IMG/VR virus record: IMGVR_UViG_3300046009_008109
Location: 1 to 34,644 of that record
DNA length: 34,644 bases
Direction: 5' to 3' (one strand)
Source: a virus
Taxonomy: Duplodnaviria; Caudoviricetes
Below are positions 1 to 8,269 of the stretch, one piece after another. The translations under genes and the position numbers were made by a program. The notes under the pieces were generated by a model that worked only from the letters and a program-made list of their open reading frames with translations, made no database searches and had not been told where the DNA came from. Each line of letters starts with the position of its first letter. The first letter of the stretch is position 1.

Positions 1-95
1 ACATGGCGCATAAACTCGTGAAGTATAAACCATTCCTTCAATATGATCGTAGCAAAATGAAAAAAATTTTGCTTGATAGATTCAAATCGGTATGA
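1..95 (+). CDS. gp59: 3' end of helicase loader gp59 (partial)
   Basis: The frame from position 3 reads MAHKLVKYKPFLQYDRSKMKKILLDRFKSV*, with TGA at 93-95. KYKPFL..D..K.K.IL resembles gp59 C-termini, and it lies directly upstream of gp32 as in T4-like phages. Confidence 0.7.
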   Translation, partial: MAHKLVKYKPFLQYDRSKMKKILLDRFKSV

Positions 96-102
96 TACGA
101 TC

Positions 103-109
103 ATAAATA
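103..109 (+). promoter_or_regulatory. T4-type late promoter-like box (ATAAATA) upstream of gp32
   Basis: CATAAATA in the 59-32 intergenic region; the T4 late consensus is TATAAATA. Confidence 0.5.
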
Positions 110-110
110 C

Positions 111-186
111 GATGTGTCATTAAATTCGGCACATCATACTAAAAATACAAAAAATACATCGCATACAAATAATACGGAGAATACAT
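111..186 (+). promoter_or_regulatory. Putative gp32 translational autoregulation operator (hairpin plus A-rich ATAC array)
   Basis: Stem GATGTGTC (111-118) / GGCACATC (128-135). ATAC at 136, 145, 154, 163, 172 and 181. SD GGAG at 176-179, ATG at 187. Confidence 0.55.
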
Positions 187-1122
187 ATGTCATTTTCATT
201 CGCAGAAATGAAGCAATCACGTAAATCAACTCTTGAAAACCTCACTAAGGAGTTGACCAAACTTCAAACTTCGGGTTCTTCTGATGAAGATAATCGCTTT
301 TGGCAACCCGCAGTTGATAAAGCAGGTAACGGCATGGCGACTATTCGCTTCCTACCGCCTGTTACTGGCGAAGATATGCCTTTTGTGAGAGTTTTCTCTC
401 ACGGGTTCAAAGGTCCGACCGGACTCTGGTATATCGAAAATTGTCTTTCAACCATCGGTAAAAACGATCCGGTGAATGAATACAATACCACGCTCTGGAA
501 CTCTACGTCAGATGATAATTCACCTGCTCGTAAGCAAGTTCGTGAACAGAAGCGTAAACTCAATTTCATCTCAAACATTCTTGTTGTCAAAGACTCTGCT
601 AATCCTCAAAACGAGGGTAAGGTATTCTTGTTCAAGTTCGGTAAAAAGATCTTCGACAAGATCAATGACGCAATGAATCCTCAGTATGAAGATGAGACAC
701 CTATCAACCCATTCGACTTCTGGGAAGGTGCAAACTTCAAACTCAAGATTCGTCAAGTTGAAGGTTATCGCAACTACGACAAGAGCGAGTTCGAAGCTCT
801 CGGCGCTCTTAGCTCTGACGATGAATACCTTGAGAAGATTTGGAAGAGTCAACACGCACTCAGCGAATTTGTTGATCCTTCTAAGTTCAAGTCGTATGAC
901 GAACTCAAGGCAAAACTGTCTCGTGTTCTAGGACTTGACGGTTCTCCTGCTGCTGCTCGTAATTCGCGTGCTGAAAACAACTACGATACTAGTGATCGGG
1001 AAGAAGAAGCACCTCGTCAACGTGCAACGTCTGCACCTAAACTTGAATCTGTGTCTAGCGGATTTGACGAAGGTGAAGATGACTCAATGGAGTTCTTCAA
1101 GAACCTCGCAAACGACGACTGA
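187..1122 (+). CDS. gp32: Single-stranded DNA-binding protein
   Basis: DNRFWQP.VDKAGNG.A.IRFLP, SHGFKGPTG.WYIENC, NEGKVFLFKFGKKIFDKI, NPFDFWEGANFKLKIR and an acidic C-terminal tail. Confidence 0.97.
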   Translation: MSFSFAEMKQSRKSTLENLTKELTKLQTSGSSDEDNRFWQPAVDKAGNGMATIRFLPPVTGEDMPFVRVFSHGFKGPTGLWYIENCLSTIGKNDPVNEYNTTLWNSTSDDNSPARKQVREQKRKLNFISNILVVKDSANPQNEGKVFLFKFGKKIFDKINDAMNPQYEDETPINPFDFWEGANFKLKIRQVEGYRNYDKSEFEALGALSSDDEYLEKIWKSQHALSEFVDPSKFKSYDELKAKLSRVLGLDGSPAAARNSRAENNYDTSDREEEAPRQRATSAPKLESVSSGFDEGEDDSMEFFKNLANDD

Positions 1123-1143
1123 GTTTAGTGATAGTAACGAGTT

Positions 1144-1171
1144 AAGGGGAGCGCAATGCTCCCCTTTTTTT
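1144..1171 (+). terminator. Rho-independent terminator between convergent genes
   Basis: AAGGGGAGC-gcaat-GCTCCCCTT followed by a T run (T7 at 1165-1171). Confidence 0.85.
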
Positions 1172-3575
1172 ATGCGAATAGACCTGAACGCTCAAAAATT
1201 GATTGTTCTGTGGCCGTCATTGCTGCTATAGGTTTATCAATGCCTGCTGTTTCATAGGGCGGATCTATTGTAGATGCTGTTATTATCGGCGCACCTGTAG
1301 CAGTTACTCCTGCACTTCCGGCAAATGTGGGATTTCCTATTCTTGCGTTTGCATACGTTTCAGTTGATCTTTCTGCTATATCTTGTCCTGTTGTCACTGA
1401 ATTTCCGGCAGGTGCTGCGCTAGGCGCCGTAGTTTCAGGTGAATTTCCTCCTGCGGGCGGTACAGTTGTCGCATCTGCTGTCGAGGGTGAAGCAACATTG
1501 CCTGCTGTCGCTGGAGTGTCGGTGCCTGCCATTACAGTAGGTTGATCTGCTCTAGCAGTAACAGGTTCGATGTGCCATGGTTCATGACCCATAGGGAAGT
1601 GTAAACCGAAATTACCTGCATTCGCGTGAACCCATGACAACACGTCCGGCGGGACATTTCCTGGTCTGAGCATTGTGCCGTTGTATGTCAAATCAACTGC
1701 CAAACCGTGCTGATGTCTCGACCCGCCAGGCATTCCGATGTTTGCAGTTAAACCTGCCGCTCTAAATCTAGATCTCCATTTTTCACCTGCAGCCTCAGGA
1801 CCCATAGAAGCAACATCAGAATTCCATGCAGACCTGTCACCTGCACCGAATCCATACCTGCCCATATTCTCACTAATGATTTCCGCCTGTCTCTCAGCAG
1901 ATCTGTATGCAGAACCCACACCCAGTCCTTGTCTGATCCCCGCTGGTGCTGATTGTATTAATCTCGCCAATCTTTCAGCAAAATCATCATTCAACATTGA
2001 AGTGTCACCAGGTCTATTTCTGTTTGCGGATATAGACGAAAGAAAAGTTTTAGCTTCTGTTGGGTTGCCTGATAAATCAGGTGCGGGCATTGCTGGTGAT
2101 GTGGGTCCTTCTTGTGGCATTACTCCGCCTCCTCCGCCCCCTACTTGTGGTGACATATATCCTGCAGGATCACCCGTTGACAATGACGCGCTAATTAATG
2201 ATGCGCCGCCAGTGTCACTTTGAAATATTCCTCCGTTTTCATAATATGTTCCATCACCCACTGAACCGTAAACAAACTTGATAATGTCGCCGATGAAATG
2301 AATTTGATCCGCATCAATTGTGACGTATTCTTCATCAGGAGTTTCTTGTTCTCCGTAGTCGTATGAAGAATGCGAAGCAGGAGTCAACATTCCCGAGGTT
2401 TCTGTAGGTGTTATTGGTGTTTCTTCTTGAGGTTCAGGTATTTCGGCTGGCGCCATATCACCTGAAATTTCAATCCCAGTTATAGGATCATAAACTGGAG
2501 GTGGGGGTTCTCCCATATATGATTCGTCACCTTCGCCGTAATTTGGTAGAGGATTCGTTGGTTGGACAGTCGTTTCTTCATCACCGAGTAGAAAATCAGC
2601 TAAAGTTTCTGCTGTCCATTCACCTGCAAAAGCTCCCGTTATACCACCTATCAATCCGCCAACTGCAGCACCAACTGGTCCTGCAACAGCACCGGCTCCT
2701 GCGGCACCTGCCGCTGCGCCTAGTACTGCGCCGCTGACTGAACCTAAAGCGCCTATTAGTTGTTTTCTGACTTCTTCATAAGGGGCATCATTATACATCG
2801 CAATCGCAGGATCAATTAACGCAGGTATAATTGCTCCGGCGACACCGAGAAATCTCAACAGTTTTGTGTATCTTACCCATTTATTGCTAACACCTTGCGC
2901 CTCGATTAGAGCCGCAATGTCTTTTGAGCTGACATATCGCCCAGTTTTTGCGTCTATTACACGTCCCTCAGAATTTCTGATATAACCAGGTGGTAAACCT
3001 GCACCCGGTGAGGGTCTAGGATATCTTGCAGGACCTCCTGTGCTAGGACTGCCGGGTTTAGGTGTAGGTTTGGGTGTTGGTTGTCTAGGACTGCTAGGTT
3101 TAGGTTTTGGTTGTCTAGGACTGCTAGGTTTAGGTTTTGGTTGTCTAGGACTGCCTGGTCTAACTTTCGGACGATTTCCTGGCTTCACTCTATCAGGCAA
3201 ACCAATATCAAAATCGTCATCTTCACCATAACCTGGGTTCAACACCATTACTGGTATGTAACCGTTAATATTGAAAAAATTATCAATATTCGGCATAGGA
3301 CTCTGTGTAATTTTTTGTGCTACAGGTTCATTCTCTATGGTTTCTTTTTTTGATTTTTTTTCAGTTAATATGTTTCTATTAGCAACTAGAAGATTGTAAA
3401 TTGAATCTAATTTTATACCGGCATTTTCATTAGACTCATTAGATTTAGATAAAATATCAGCGTTTTGTTTCAACAACGAACTTACATCATTGTCCTCAAT
3501 CTCATTGCCGCCATTGCCTGCTCCGACAACTAACGCTTTCAACACTTCTAATATGAAATCTTTTGTTTTTGCCAT
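1170..3575 (-). CDS. Large tape-measure/hub-like virion protein with a C-terminal M15 (VanY-like) Zn peptidase domain
   Basis: SAYRS..RQ, PGGSRHQHGLAVDL and EPWHIE match M15 D-Ala-D-Ala carboxypeptidase-like motifs. It has a Gly/Ala zipper (GAVLGAAAGAAGAGAVAGPVGAAVGGLIGG) and lies downstream of gp26/gp51. Confidence 0.75.
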   Translation of the reverse strand: MAKTKDFILEVLKALVVGAGNGGNEIEDNDVSSLLKQNADILSKSNESNENAGIKLDSIYNLLVANRNILTEKKSKKETIENEPVAQKITQSPMPNIDNFFNINGYIPVMVLNPGYGEDDDFDIGLPDRVKPGNRPKVRPGSPRQPKPKPSSPRQPKPKPSSPRQPTPKPTPKPGSPSTGGPARYPRPSPGAGLPPGYIRNSEGRVIDAKTGRYVSSKDIAALIEAQGVSNKWVRYTKLLRFLGVAGAIIPALIDPAIAMYNDAPYEEVRKQLIGALGSVSGAVLGAAAGAAGAGAVAGPVGAAVGGLIGGITGAFAGEWTAETLADFLLGDEETTVQPTNPLPNYGEGDESYMGEPPPPVYDPITGIEISGDMAPAEIPEPQEETPITPTETSGMLTPASHSSYDYGEQETPDEEYVTIDADQIHFIGDIIKFVYGSVGDGTYYENGGIFQSDTGGASLISASLSTGDPAGYMSPQVGGGGGGVMPQEGPTSPAMPAPDLSGNPTEAKTFLSSISANRNRPGDTSMLNDDFAERLARLIQSAPAGIRQGLGVGSAYRSAERQAEIISENMGRYGFGAGDRSAWNSDVASMGPEAAGEKWRSRFRAAGLTANIGMPGGSRHQHGLAVDLTYNGTMLRPGNVPPDVLSWVHANAGNFGLHFPMGHEPWHIEPVTARADQPTVMAGTDTPATAGNVASPSTADATTVPPAGGNSPETTAPSAAPAGNSVTTGQDIAERSTETYANARIGNPTFAGSAGVTATGAPIITASTIDPPYETAGIDKPIAAMTATEQSIFERSGLFA
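3077..3154 (-). repeat. 30-nt tandem repeat (~2.6 copies) encoding SPRQPKPKPS
   Basis: ctgctaggtttaggttttggttgtctagga is repeated exactly at 3091-3120 and 3121-3150, with partial flanking copies. Confidence 0.9.
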
Positions 3576-3577
3576 TT

Positions 3578-5671
3578 TTATACAAACATGTCGTCTAATA
3601 ACTTATCAAACATTTTATCGACTGCTGCAAGAGGTTCATCAACTCTTTGATATGCCGGCGATGAAACATTTGTGATTGATGTGGTAGCCACTGTAGCAGG
3701 TGATGTCGTTCTTGCCGGCATTCCCTCTATTTCCATGGTGATGTTTTTAGAAAGATTTGTTAGGTAATCTGATAAATTTGTCGCTACATCAGCACCCGGT
3801 GACATTCCTGTTGGTGCTGACCCACCCTGAAGCATGCTGTATTGCTCTGCTGCATTTCTACGTCTTGTTTCACGCATGTCTGCGGTAGTATTTCCTGTTG
3901 CGTCCATTACAATATCCATATTGCTCAGATCTGCAACATTTATTCTTCTATTTTGTAAATAATACCAAGGAATCAACTTTGCCGCAATTGCAGGATCATT
4001 TGCTAAGTCAGGATTTCCTATCAAATCTATACCTAACGCTTTGCTTGCTGCTGCGTAATTGCTTCTACCAGTTAATTGGATATAGCCGCGACCTCTATAT
4101 TTCCAGCCGTCACCATTTTCTGTATTTCCGAGATTTCTCGCACCCCACTCACCGCCATACAATGCATTTGCTATCGCTTCAGGCCCACCCGCAATAAGTT
4201 GTCTTGCCTCTTCAACTGACTTTATCCTACTAGGGAAAAGTTGAAGCATTCTTTCAGGGTCTCTATAATTCATGTTTTCTGACTGAGGAACCATACCCGA
4301 TTCTGATTGAACAATACCTAGAATATTTGCTTGCGCTCTAGGATCAGTAATTCCTGCCTCTGTTAACGCATTGATGATCAAACCTCTGTTTTCACCTGCA
4401 TTTTCTGCCATTCCTGGTGTTGCAGGCGAACCCGTCAAACCTGTAGATTGTCCTATGGCTCCTGGTGTTGCAGTGTTGTCCTCACTCACTGAAGTGCCGG
4501 GTGATACTACAGAACCATTCATTGAAGAGCCGCCACCTCCGGGCACACTGCCGGAAATATAGTCTCCGCCAGAACTTCCAATCAATGTGTCTGTGCCTGT
4601 GTCACCTGAAGAAAATGATGCATTAGTCAGCATATCATTTGTCGTAGCACGCATAATTGTTTTCTGTATGAAATCGAATTTATCGGCTTCAAAAATTATT
4701 TCTTTTGCCTCAAGGGTCAATTTACGCATACCTGATGGTATGTCATTTTGTGAATCTGTATTAGACATTAAATGGAAAAATCGGTCCGGCACAGTCATCA
4801 TGCCGCCGCCGCCCATAGGTCGCATTCTTCTCAATGCGCCAATGCCACCAACACCCACAGGTGGCGCACCAGCAGCTCTACTTGCCATCGCTTGTAATGT
4901 TGCCATCATGCCTGCTATTGCAGTCATTAATGGTCCTAGTGTTTCGTTTGAAGGAATGGGTAATGATCCTGTGAAACCTCCGCCAGGGACAGGAATAACA
5001 TCAGGTATTGTGCTTTCAGGTATTGCAATTTGCGGTGTTACAGGAGGCATGCCGAAATCTTCAAAAAATGGTATTATATCAGAACCCGGTACTGGCGTAG
5101 ATTCTGGTGTAGGAGCAGGCGTCGGGGCAACAGGTTCTGCAACTGGTTCTGTTGCGGGTATTTGTGATCCCGCATAAACCCCTATTGCACCAACTGCAGC
5201 AACACCTAATAGAACTTCAAGCGCGTTAAATAACCCGCTGAATCTTCTTCTGCCTACTCTTCTACGTCTTCTCCCGTCAACGTCAAAATCCATGTCGTCT
5301 GACTCAGGATTTATTATTTTGACGGGAATATATCCATTAATTTTGAAAAAATCATCTAAAGCTGATTTGAAAACAATTTGATTTTCTTTGACAGGGGTCA
5401 CTTGGTCATTGTCAGATTTATTAACTGACTTATTCAACATATCTTTTAGTATTTCATGAATATCATTCAGTTTGATAGCAGAGTCTTGTGAATAATCACT
5501 CATTTTTTTCAATTGAGATCTTTGTTCTATTAATCTCAATTTAATTATATTGAAAGTTTCAATGTTATAATTTGGTGAAACAGCTCCATCAGCAACAGGT
5601 TTAGCGTCAGGGGGTCCCCCTGACGCTTTTTTGTCCATCATATTACCTAAAAATGAGTTTTTTTCTACCAT
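3578..5671 (-). CDS. Large tape-measure/hub-like virion protein with a GH19 (chitinase-like muramidase) domain
   Basis: ANILG....ESG....ENMNY, GN...GDGWKYRGRGYIQLTGRSNY and NPDL match phage GH19 peptidoglycan hydrolases. An Arg run plus a hydrophobic segment lies near residues 133-168. Confidence 0.8.
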   Translation of the reverse strand: MVEKNSFLGNMMDKKASGGPPDAKPVADGAVSPNYNIETFNIIKLRLIEQRSQLKKMSDYSQDSAIKLNDIHEILKDMLNKSVNKSDNDQVTPVKENQIVFKSALDDFFKINGYIPVKIINPESDDMDFDVDGRRRRRVGRRRFSGLFNALEVLLGVAAVGAIGVYAGSQIPATEPVAEPVAPTPAPTPESTPVPGSDIIPFFEDFGMPPVTPQIAIPESTIPDVIPVPGGGFTGSLPIPSNETLGPLMTAIAGMMATLQAMASRAAGAPPVGVGGIGALRRMRPMGGGGMMTVPDRFFHLMSNTDSQNDIPSGMRKLTLEAKEIIFEADKFDFIQKTIMRATTNDMLTNASFSSGDTGTDTLIGSSGGDYISGSVPGGGGSSMNGSVVSPGTSVSEDNTATPGAIGQSTGLTGSPATPGMAENAGENRGLIINALTEAGITDPRAQANILGIVQSESGMVPQSENMNYRDPERMLQLFPSRIKSVEEARQLIAGGPEAIANALYGGEWGARNLGNTENGDGWKYRGRGYIQLTGRSNYAAASKALGIDLIGNPDLANDPAIAAKLIPWYYLQNRRINVADLSNMDIVMDATGNTTADMRETRRRNAAEQYSMLQGGSAPTGMSPGADVATNLSDYLTNLSKNITMEIEGMPARTTSPATVATTSITNVSSPAYQRVDEPLAAVDKMFDKLLDDMFV

Positions 5672-5674
5672 ATC

Positions 5675-5857
5675 TTATGACGCACCCGATGCTTGTCTTT
5701 GTTTTTCTTCCAATTCTTCAAGATATTTCTTGAGCATGTCAAGGTAAACATCTCTCTCAAACGGAATCATGTTTTCGATGTCTTTCAGGGAATATTTATG
5801 GTGTTGCATCAACGTAAAGTTAATTGTATAGTAATTTTCTAGAGTGTTGTGCGTCAA
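5675..5857 (-). CDS. gp51: gp51-like baseplate hub assembly domain (likely expressed as a -1 frameshift extension of gp26)
   Basis: LENYY..NF.LMQHHKYSL..IENMIPFERD.Y motif. Only a TTG start, with no SD; the frame opens at the T7 run at 5872-5866. Confidence 0.85.
   Translation of the reverse strand: MTHNTLENYYTINFTLMQHHKYSLKDIENMIPFERDVYLDMLKKYLEELEEKQRQASGAS
5793..5799 (-). promoter_or_regulatory. Late promoter-like ATAAATA upstream of the GH19 protein gene
   Basis: TATTTAT on the + strand, ~120 nt before the start at 5671. Confidence 0.4.
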
Positions 5858-6570
5858 ACCAACGTAAAAAAATCAACTAACGAAGTCATCAGAATTTTAC
5901 GTTCTGTGCCCTTTGAGTTTTTGTAGTTAATTTCGTAATGCAATCGTGGCATGTTCACTACGAACTTACGCATTTTGTCATATGATACGGGATCAAATTC
6001 TTCTTCAAGATATTTCTGCAATTCTTCTTTAGAAACATCTTTAAGATCGAATTCTTCATCACCTTCATAAATCTTGTCTATGCAATGTGCAATTAGCATA
6101 TCAAAATATTTGTTGATATCTGTCTGTGTAAAGTTTTCGTCAGTCATCAATGACGCAGAAGCGTATTTCATTATAACGGTAACGTCGTCATTCACTTTGA
6201 TTTTTTTGTCAACATCTTCTGGGAATTTAACAATCACATCATCTAGGTTGACTTCGAAATCATATGTTTCGTTATCCTCAGAGTCAATATATGCGACTTT
6301 AGAAATGTTGCTGATCGAATATGCACGAATTTTTACAAACAGGTATTCGATGTCAAACGTAGTCAAATTATCGACGTTGATTTTATCGTCAAGGATACAA
6401 TTGTTGACAACCTGTTTAACTGCCGACAATGCGTCTCTCGGGTCTCCCCCGCTTTTTGCAATCAAAAGAATTTTTTCTTCTTTGACGAGCATAGGTCTGA
6501 TCTTGATGGTTTTATTATTTGATGGTATTGTCACATCAAACAGCGGATGGCTGATTTTAGGTAAAGGCAT
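5854..6570 (-). CDS. gp26: Baseplate hub assembly chaperone
   Basis: MPLPKI.HP......PS....I..RP.LVKEEKILL.A, L.TFDIEYLF.KIRA.S, and a C-terminal L.DFF. Confidence 0.9.
   Translation of the reverse strand: MPLPKISHPLFDVTIPSNNKTIKIRPMLVKEEKILLIAKSGGDPRDALSAVKQVVNNCILDDKINVDNLTTFDIEYLFVKIRAYSISNISKVAYIDSEDNETYDFEVNLDDVIVKFPEDVDKKIKVNDDVTVIMKYASASLMTDENFTQTDINKYFDMLIAHCIDKIYEGDEEFDLKDVSKEELQKYLEEEFDPVSYDKMRKFVVNMPRLHYEINYKNSKGTERKILMTSLVDFFTLV
5866..5872 (-). promoter_or_regulatory. Putative -1 ribosomal slippery site T TTT TTT
   Basis: The minus strand reads GAT TTT TTT ACG TTG GTT TGA in the gp26 frame and TGA TTT TTT TAC GTT GGT TTG ACG CAC in the -1 (gp51) frame. Confidence 0.65.
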
Positions 6571-6594
6571 AGTTTACTCCAAAGTATATTAAAA

Positions 6595-7206
6595 TTATCT
6601 AACGTAATAATCAGTATAAAAATCTGTATATGAGAATGATATAGGTATTTTGACAAAATCATCAGTATCAGTCCAATTCAATTGAATTTCGCCCATAGAG
6701 ACAGGAAATGCTTCTCTTAAAGTCACTTTTAATGATACATTTCCATTATCATCATATACAAAAATTTCTATATTAGACGTGTAACCTTTCTTATATGTTA
6801 TCTCATATGGTCGAGCAGTGACAGGTGCTGGTATTCCTGTAAGAGATGAAAAATCGTAAGTTCTAGCATCATGGTTTGCGATTAACTTTGTCCAGTTATA
6901 GAAAAAAGAATGAACTGCTGCTTTACGATCACTTATGAAAGTCATTGTCACGTTATTGAACGTGGGTGCGACTCCCATCTTTTCGATAGGACCATAACCA
7001 TATCTTTTGACTTCTGCTGTGTTTATATTAATGCCGGGAAGTGATGTAGAATCACACCACAATTCCATGTATCTAGACGTTTCTTTCAATGCAGGGACTG
7101 GATCAAATCCTATCGGATATGGCATTCTGACGAGAAACTTGTTGTTTCTCATCAATCCGTTTGCATTCATATGAGCACTGAAATCTCTTATGTTGAAACC
7201 TGCCAT
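6595..7206 (-). CDS. gp54: Baseplate tail-tube initiator (gp54/gp19-like fold)
   Basis: FNI.DF......GL.R.N.F.V, C.S.SLPG and L.EAFP...GEI.L.W motifs of tube-fold proteins; synteny with gp2 and gp26. Confidence 0.75.
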   Translation of the reverse strand: MAGFNIRDFSAHMNANGLMRNNKFLVRMPYPIGFDPVPALKETSRYMELWCDSTSLPGININTAEVKRYGYGPIEKMGVAPTFNNVTMTFISDRKAAVHSFFYNWTKLIANHDARTYDFSSLTGIPAPVTARPYEITYKKGYTSNIEIFVYDDNGNVSLKVTLREAFPVSMGEIQLNWTDTDDFVKIPISFSYTDFYTDYYVR

Positions 7207-7209
7207 GTC

Positions 7210-7806
7210 TTAAAACTGCCTTGCTGAATCTTTGTAAACTTTTTGTTTAGATGCACCAACGAATTGTTCTGTCGGCAACATTATCGTCACGTCCCATTCC
7301 GCGGGACTGATATACATAAATCTTGATTTCACATGTCTTGATAAATATCGTTTCACACATGGTTTGAAATATTTGAATTGTGACGCACTTCTGAGAATTT
7401 CATAGTTGATTTTCAATCTAGTTGTGTCATCGTATTTTTTGTTGTTAGCAGTTTCATACAACGCATTCATCAATTTTGCTCTGACTAGAGGTGAGATGTA
7501 ATGCAGGTTGATACCCAAAAATCCGTCATTATATAATTCAATCGGAAACACTAAGGGAAAGCGATCCCAATATGGTAAAGTGTCTTTGTGTTTCGCATCA
7601 TAACTAAACATATACATTCTTCCGATAGAAAAGAGATTGATTGTATTTGTAAATCTGTCTTTATCGGCTGCTATACTTGAAGCAGTCAATGAACCTAATT
7701 TTTTTGCACTGTTTCTATACCATGCTTGTGCCTCGTTGACTTGTTTGCTGTCAACTGACCCGACTTTATTAGCCGTTGCAATTTTTTCGAAACTATACGC
7801 TACCAT
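7210..7806 (-). CDS. gp2: DNA end protector protein
   Basis: GRMYMF.YDAKHKDTLPYWDRFPLVF, GINLHY, KPCVKRYL..HV.S and LPTEQF. Confidence 0.95.
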   Translation of the reverse strand: MVAYSFEKIATANKVGSVDSKQVNEAQAWYRNSAKKLGSLTASSIAADKDRFTNTINLFSIGRMYMFSYDAKHKDTLPYWDRFPLVFPIELYNDGFLGINLHYISPLVRAKLMNALYETANNKKYDDTTRLKINYEILRSASQFKYFKPCVKRYLSRHVKSRFMYISPAEWDVTIMLPTEQFVGASKQKVYKDSARQF

Positions 7807-8243
7807 TTGATGTTTAATTCTTTTTCAGTTAAAACCAGGAATCTCCACTTACGATCATCACAGTATTCTTTTGCTGCTTTCCATTTTGCTTGGTTCACAC
7901 CCCAAGTCATGACCTCATTGATATACTGTTTATTTATCGTTTTCTTTTTGATTGGCTCTGTTGTCTGATGTGCAGGTTTTATCTCGACCATCAAAGTTTC
8001 TGTGACACCATTGGCATCACGTTTTCTGACGAGAAAATCTGGGAAATATCTATGCAACTTGCCATCTACAGGACTTCGATACGGGACGATGAGTTCTTCA
8101 CTCGCCCATAGTATAACATCCGGATGCTCATCTAAATATTTCATAAATTTTGCTTCCCACGAACTGCGATAAATAATGTTCGTAGGATCACCTTTGTATT
8201 TAGACGGATTTTTAGGTTTAAATTTGCCTGTGTAAGTCTTCAT
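7800..8243 (-). CDS. gp4: Head completion nuclease (TnsA-like PD-(D/E)xK)
   Basis: Y.GKFKPKNP.KYKGDPTNI.YRSSWE, W.SEE..VPY, HRYFPDF, VEIKP and VNQAKWKAA..YC. Confidence 0.95.
   Translation of the reverse strand: MKTYTGKFKPKNPSKYKGDPTNIIYRSSWEAKFMKYLDEHPDVILWASEELIVPYRSPVDGKLHRYFPDFLVRKRDANGVTETLMVEIKPAHQTTEPIKKKTINKQYINEVMTWGVNQAKWKAAKEYCDDRKWRFLVLTEKELNIKW
7931..7937 (-). promoter_or_regulatory. Late promoter-like ATAAATA upstream of gp2
   Basis: TATTTAT on the + strand, ~125 nt before the gp2 start. Confidence 0.4.
8169..8175 (+). promoter_or_regulatory. Late promoter-like ATAAATA for the gp48 operon
   Basis: GATAAATA, ~95 nt upstream of the gp48 ATG and antisense within gp4. Confidence 0.4.
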
Positions 8244-8248
8244 ACTAT

Positions 8249-8256
8249 AATTTATA
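8249..8256 (-). promoter_or_regulatory. Late promoter-like TATAAATT immediately before the gp4 ATG
   Basis: The minus strand reads TATAAATT-ATAGT-ATG. Confidence 0.45.
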
Positions 8257-8269
8257 ACGAGGAAAAATA

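Noticed and set aside
399-5177. Many short overlapping or antisense ORFs in the track (e.g. 1738-2223, 4587-5177, and similar ones throughout the window)
   Set aside because: They are shadows of long, motif-supported genes on the other strand or frame, with no recognisable motifs.
7800-8243. TnsA-like nuclease as a transposase or homing endonuclease
   Set aside because: Sequence and synteny match the core T4-like gp4 head completion protein, and there are no transposon ends.
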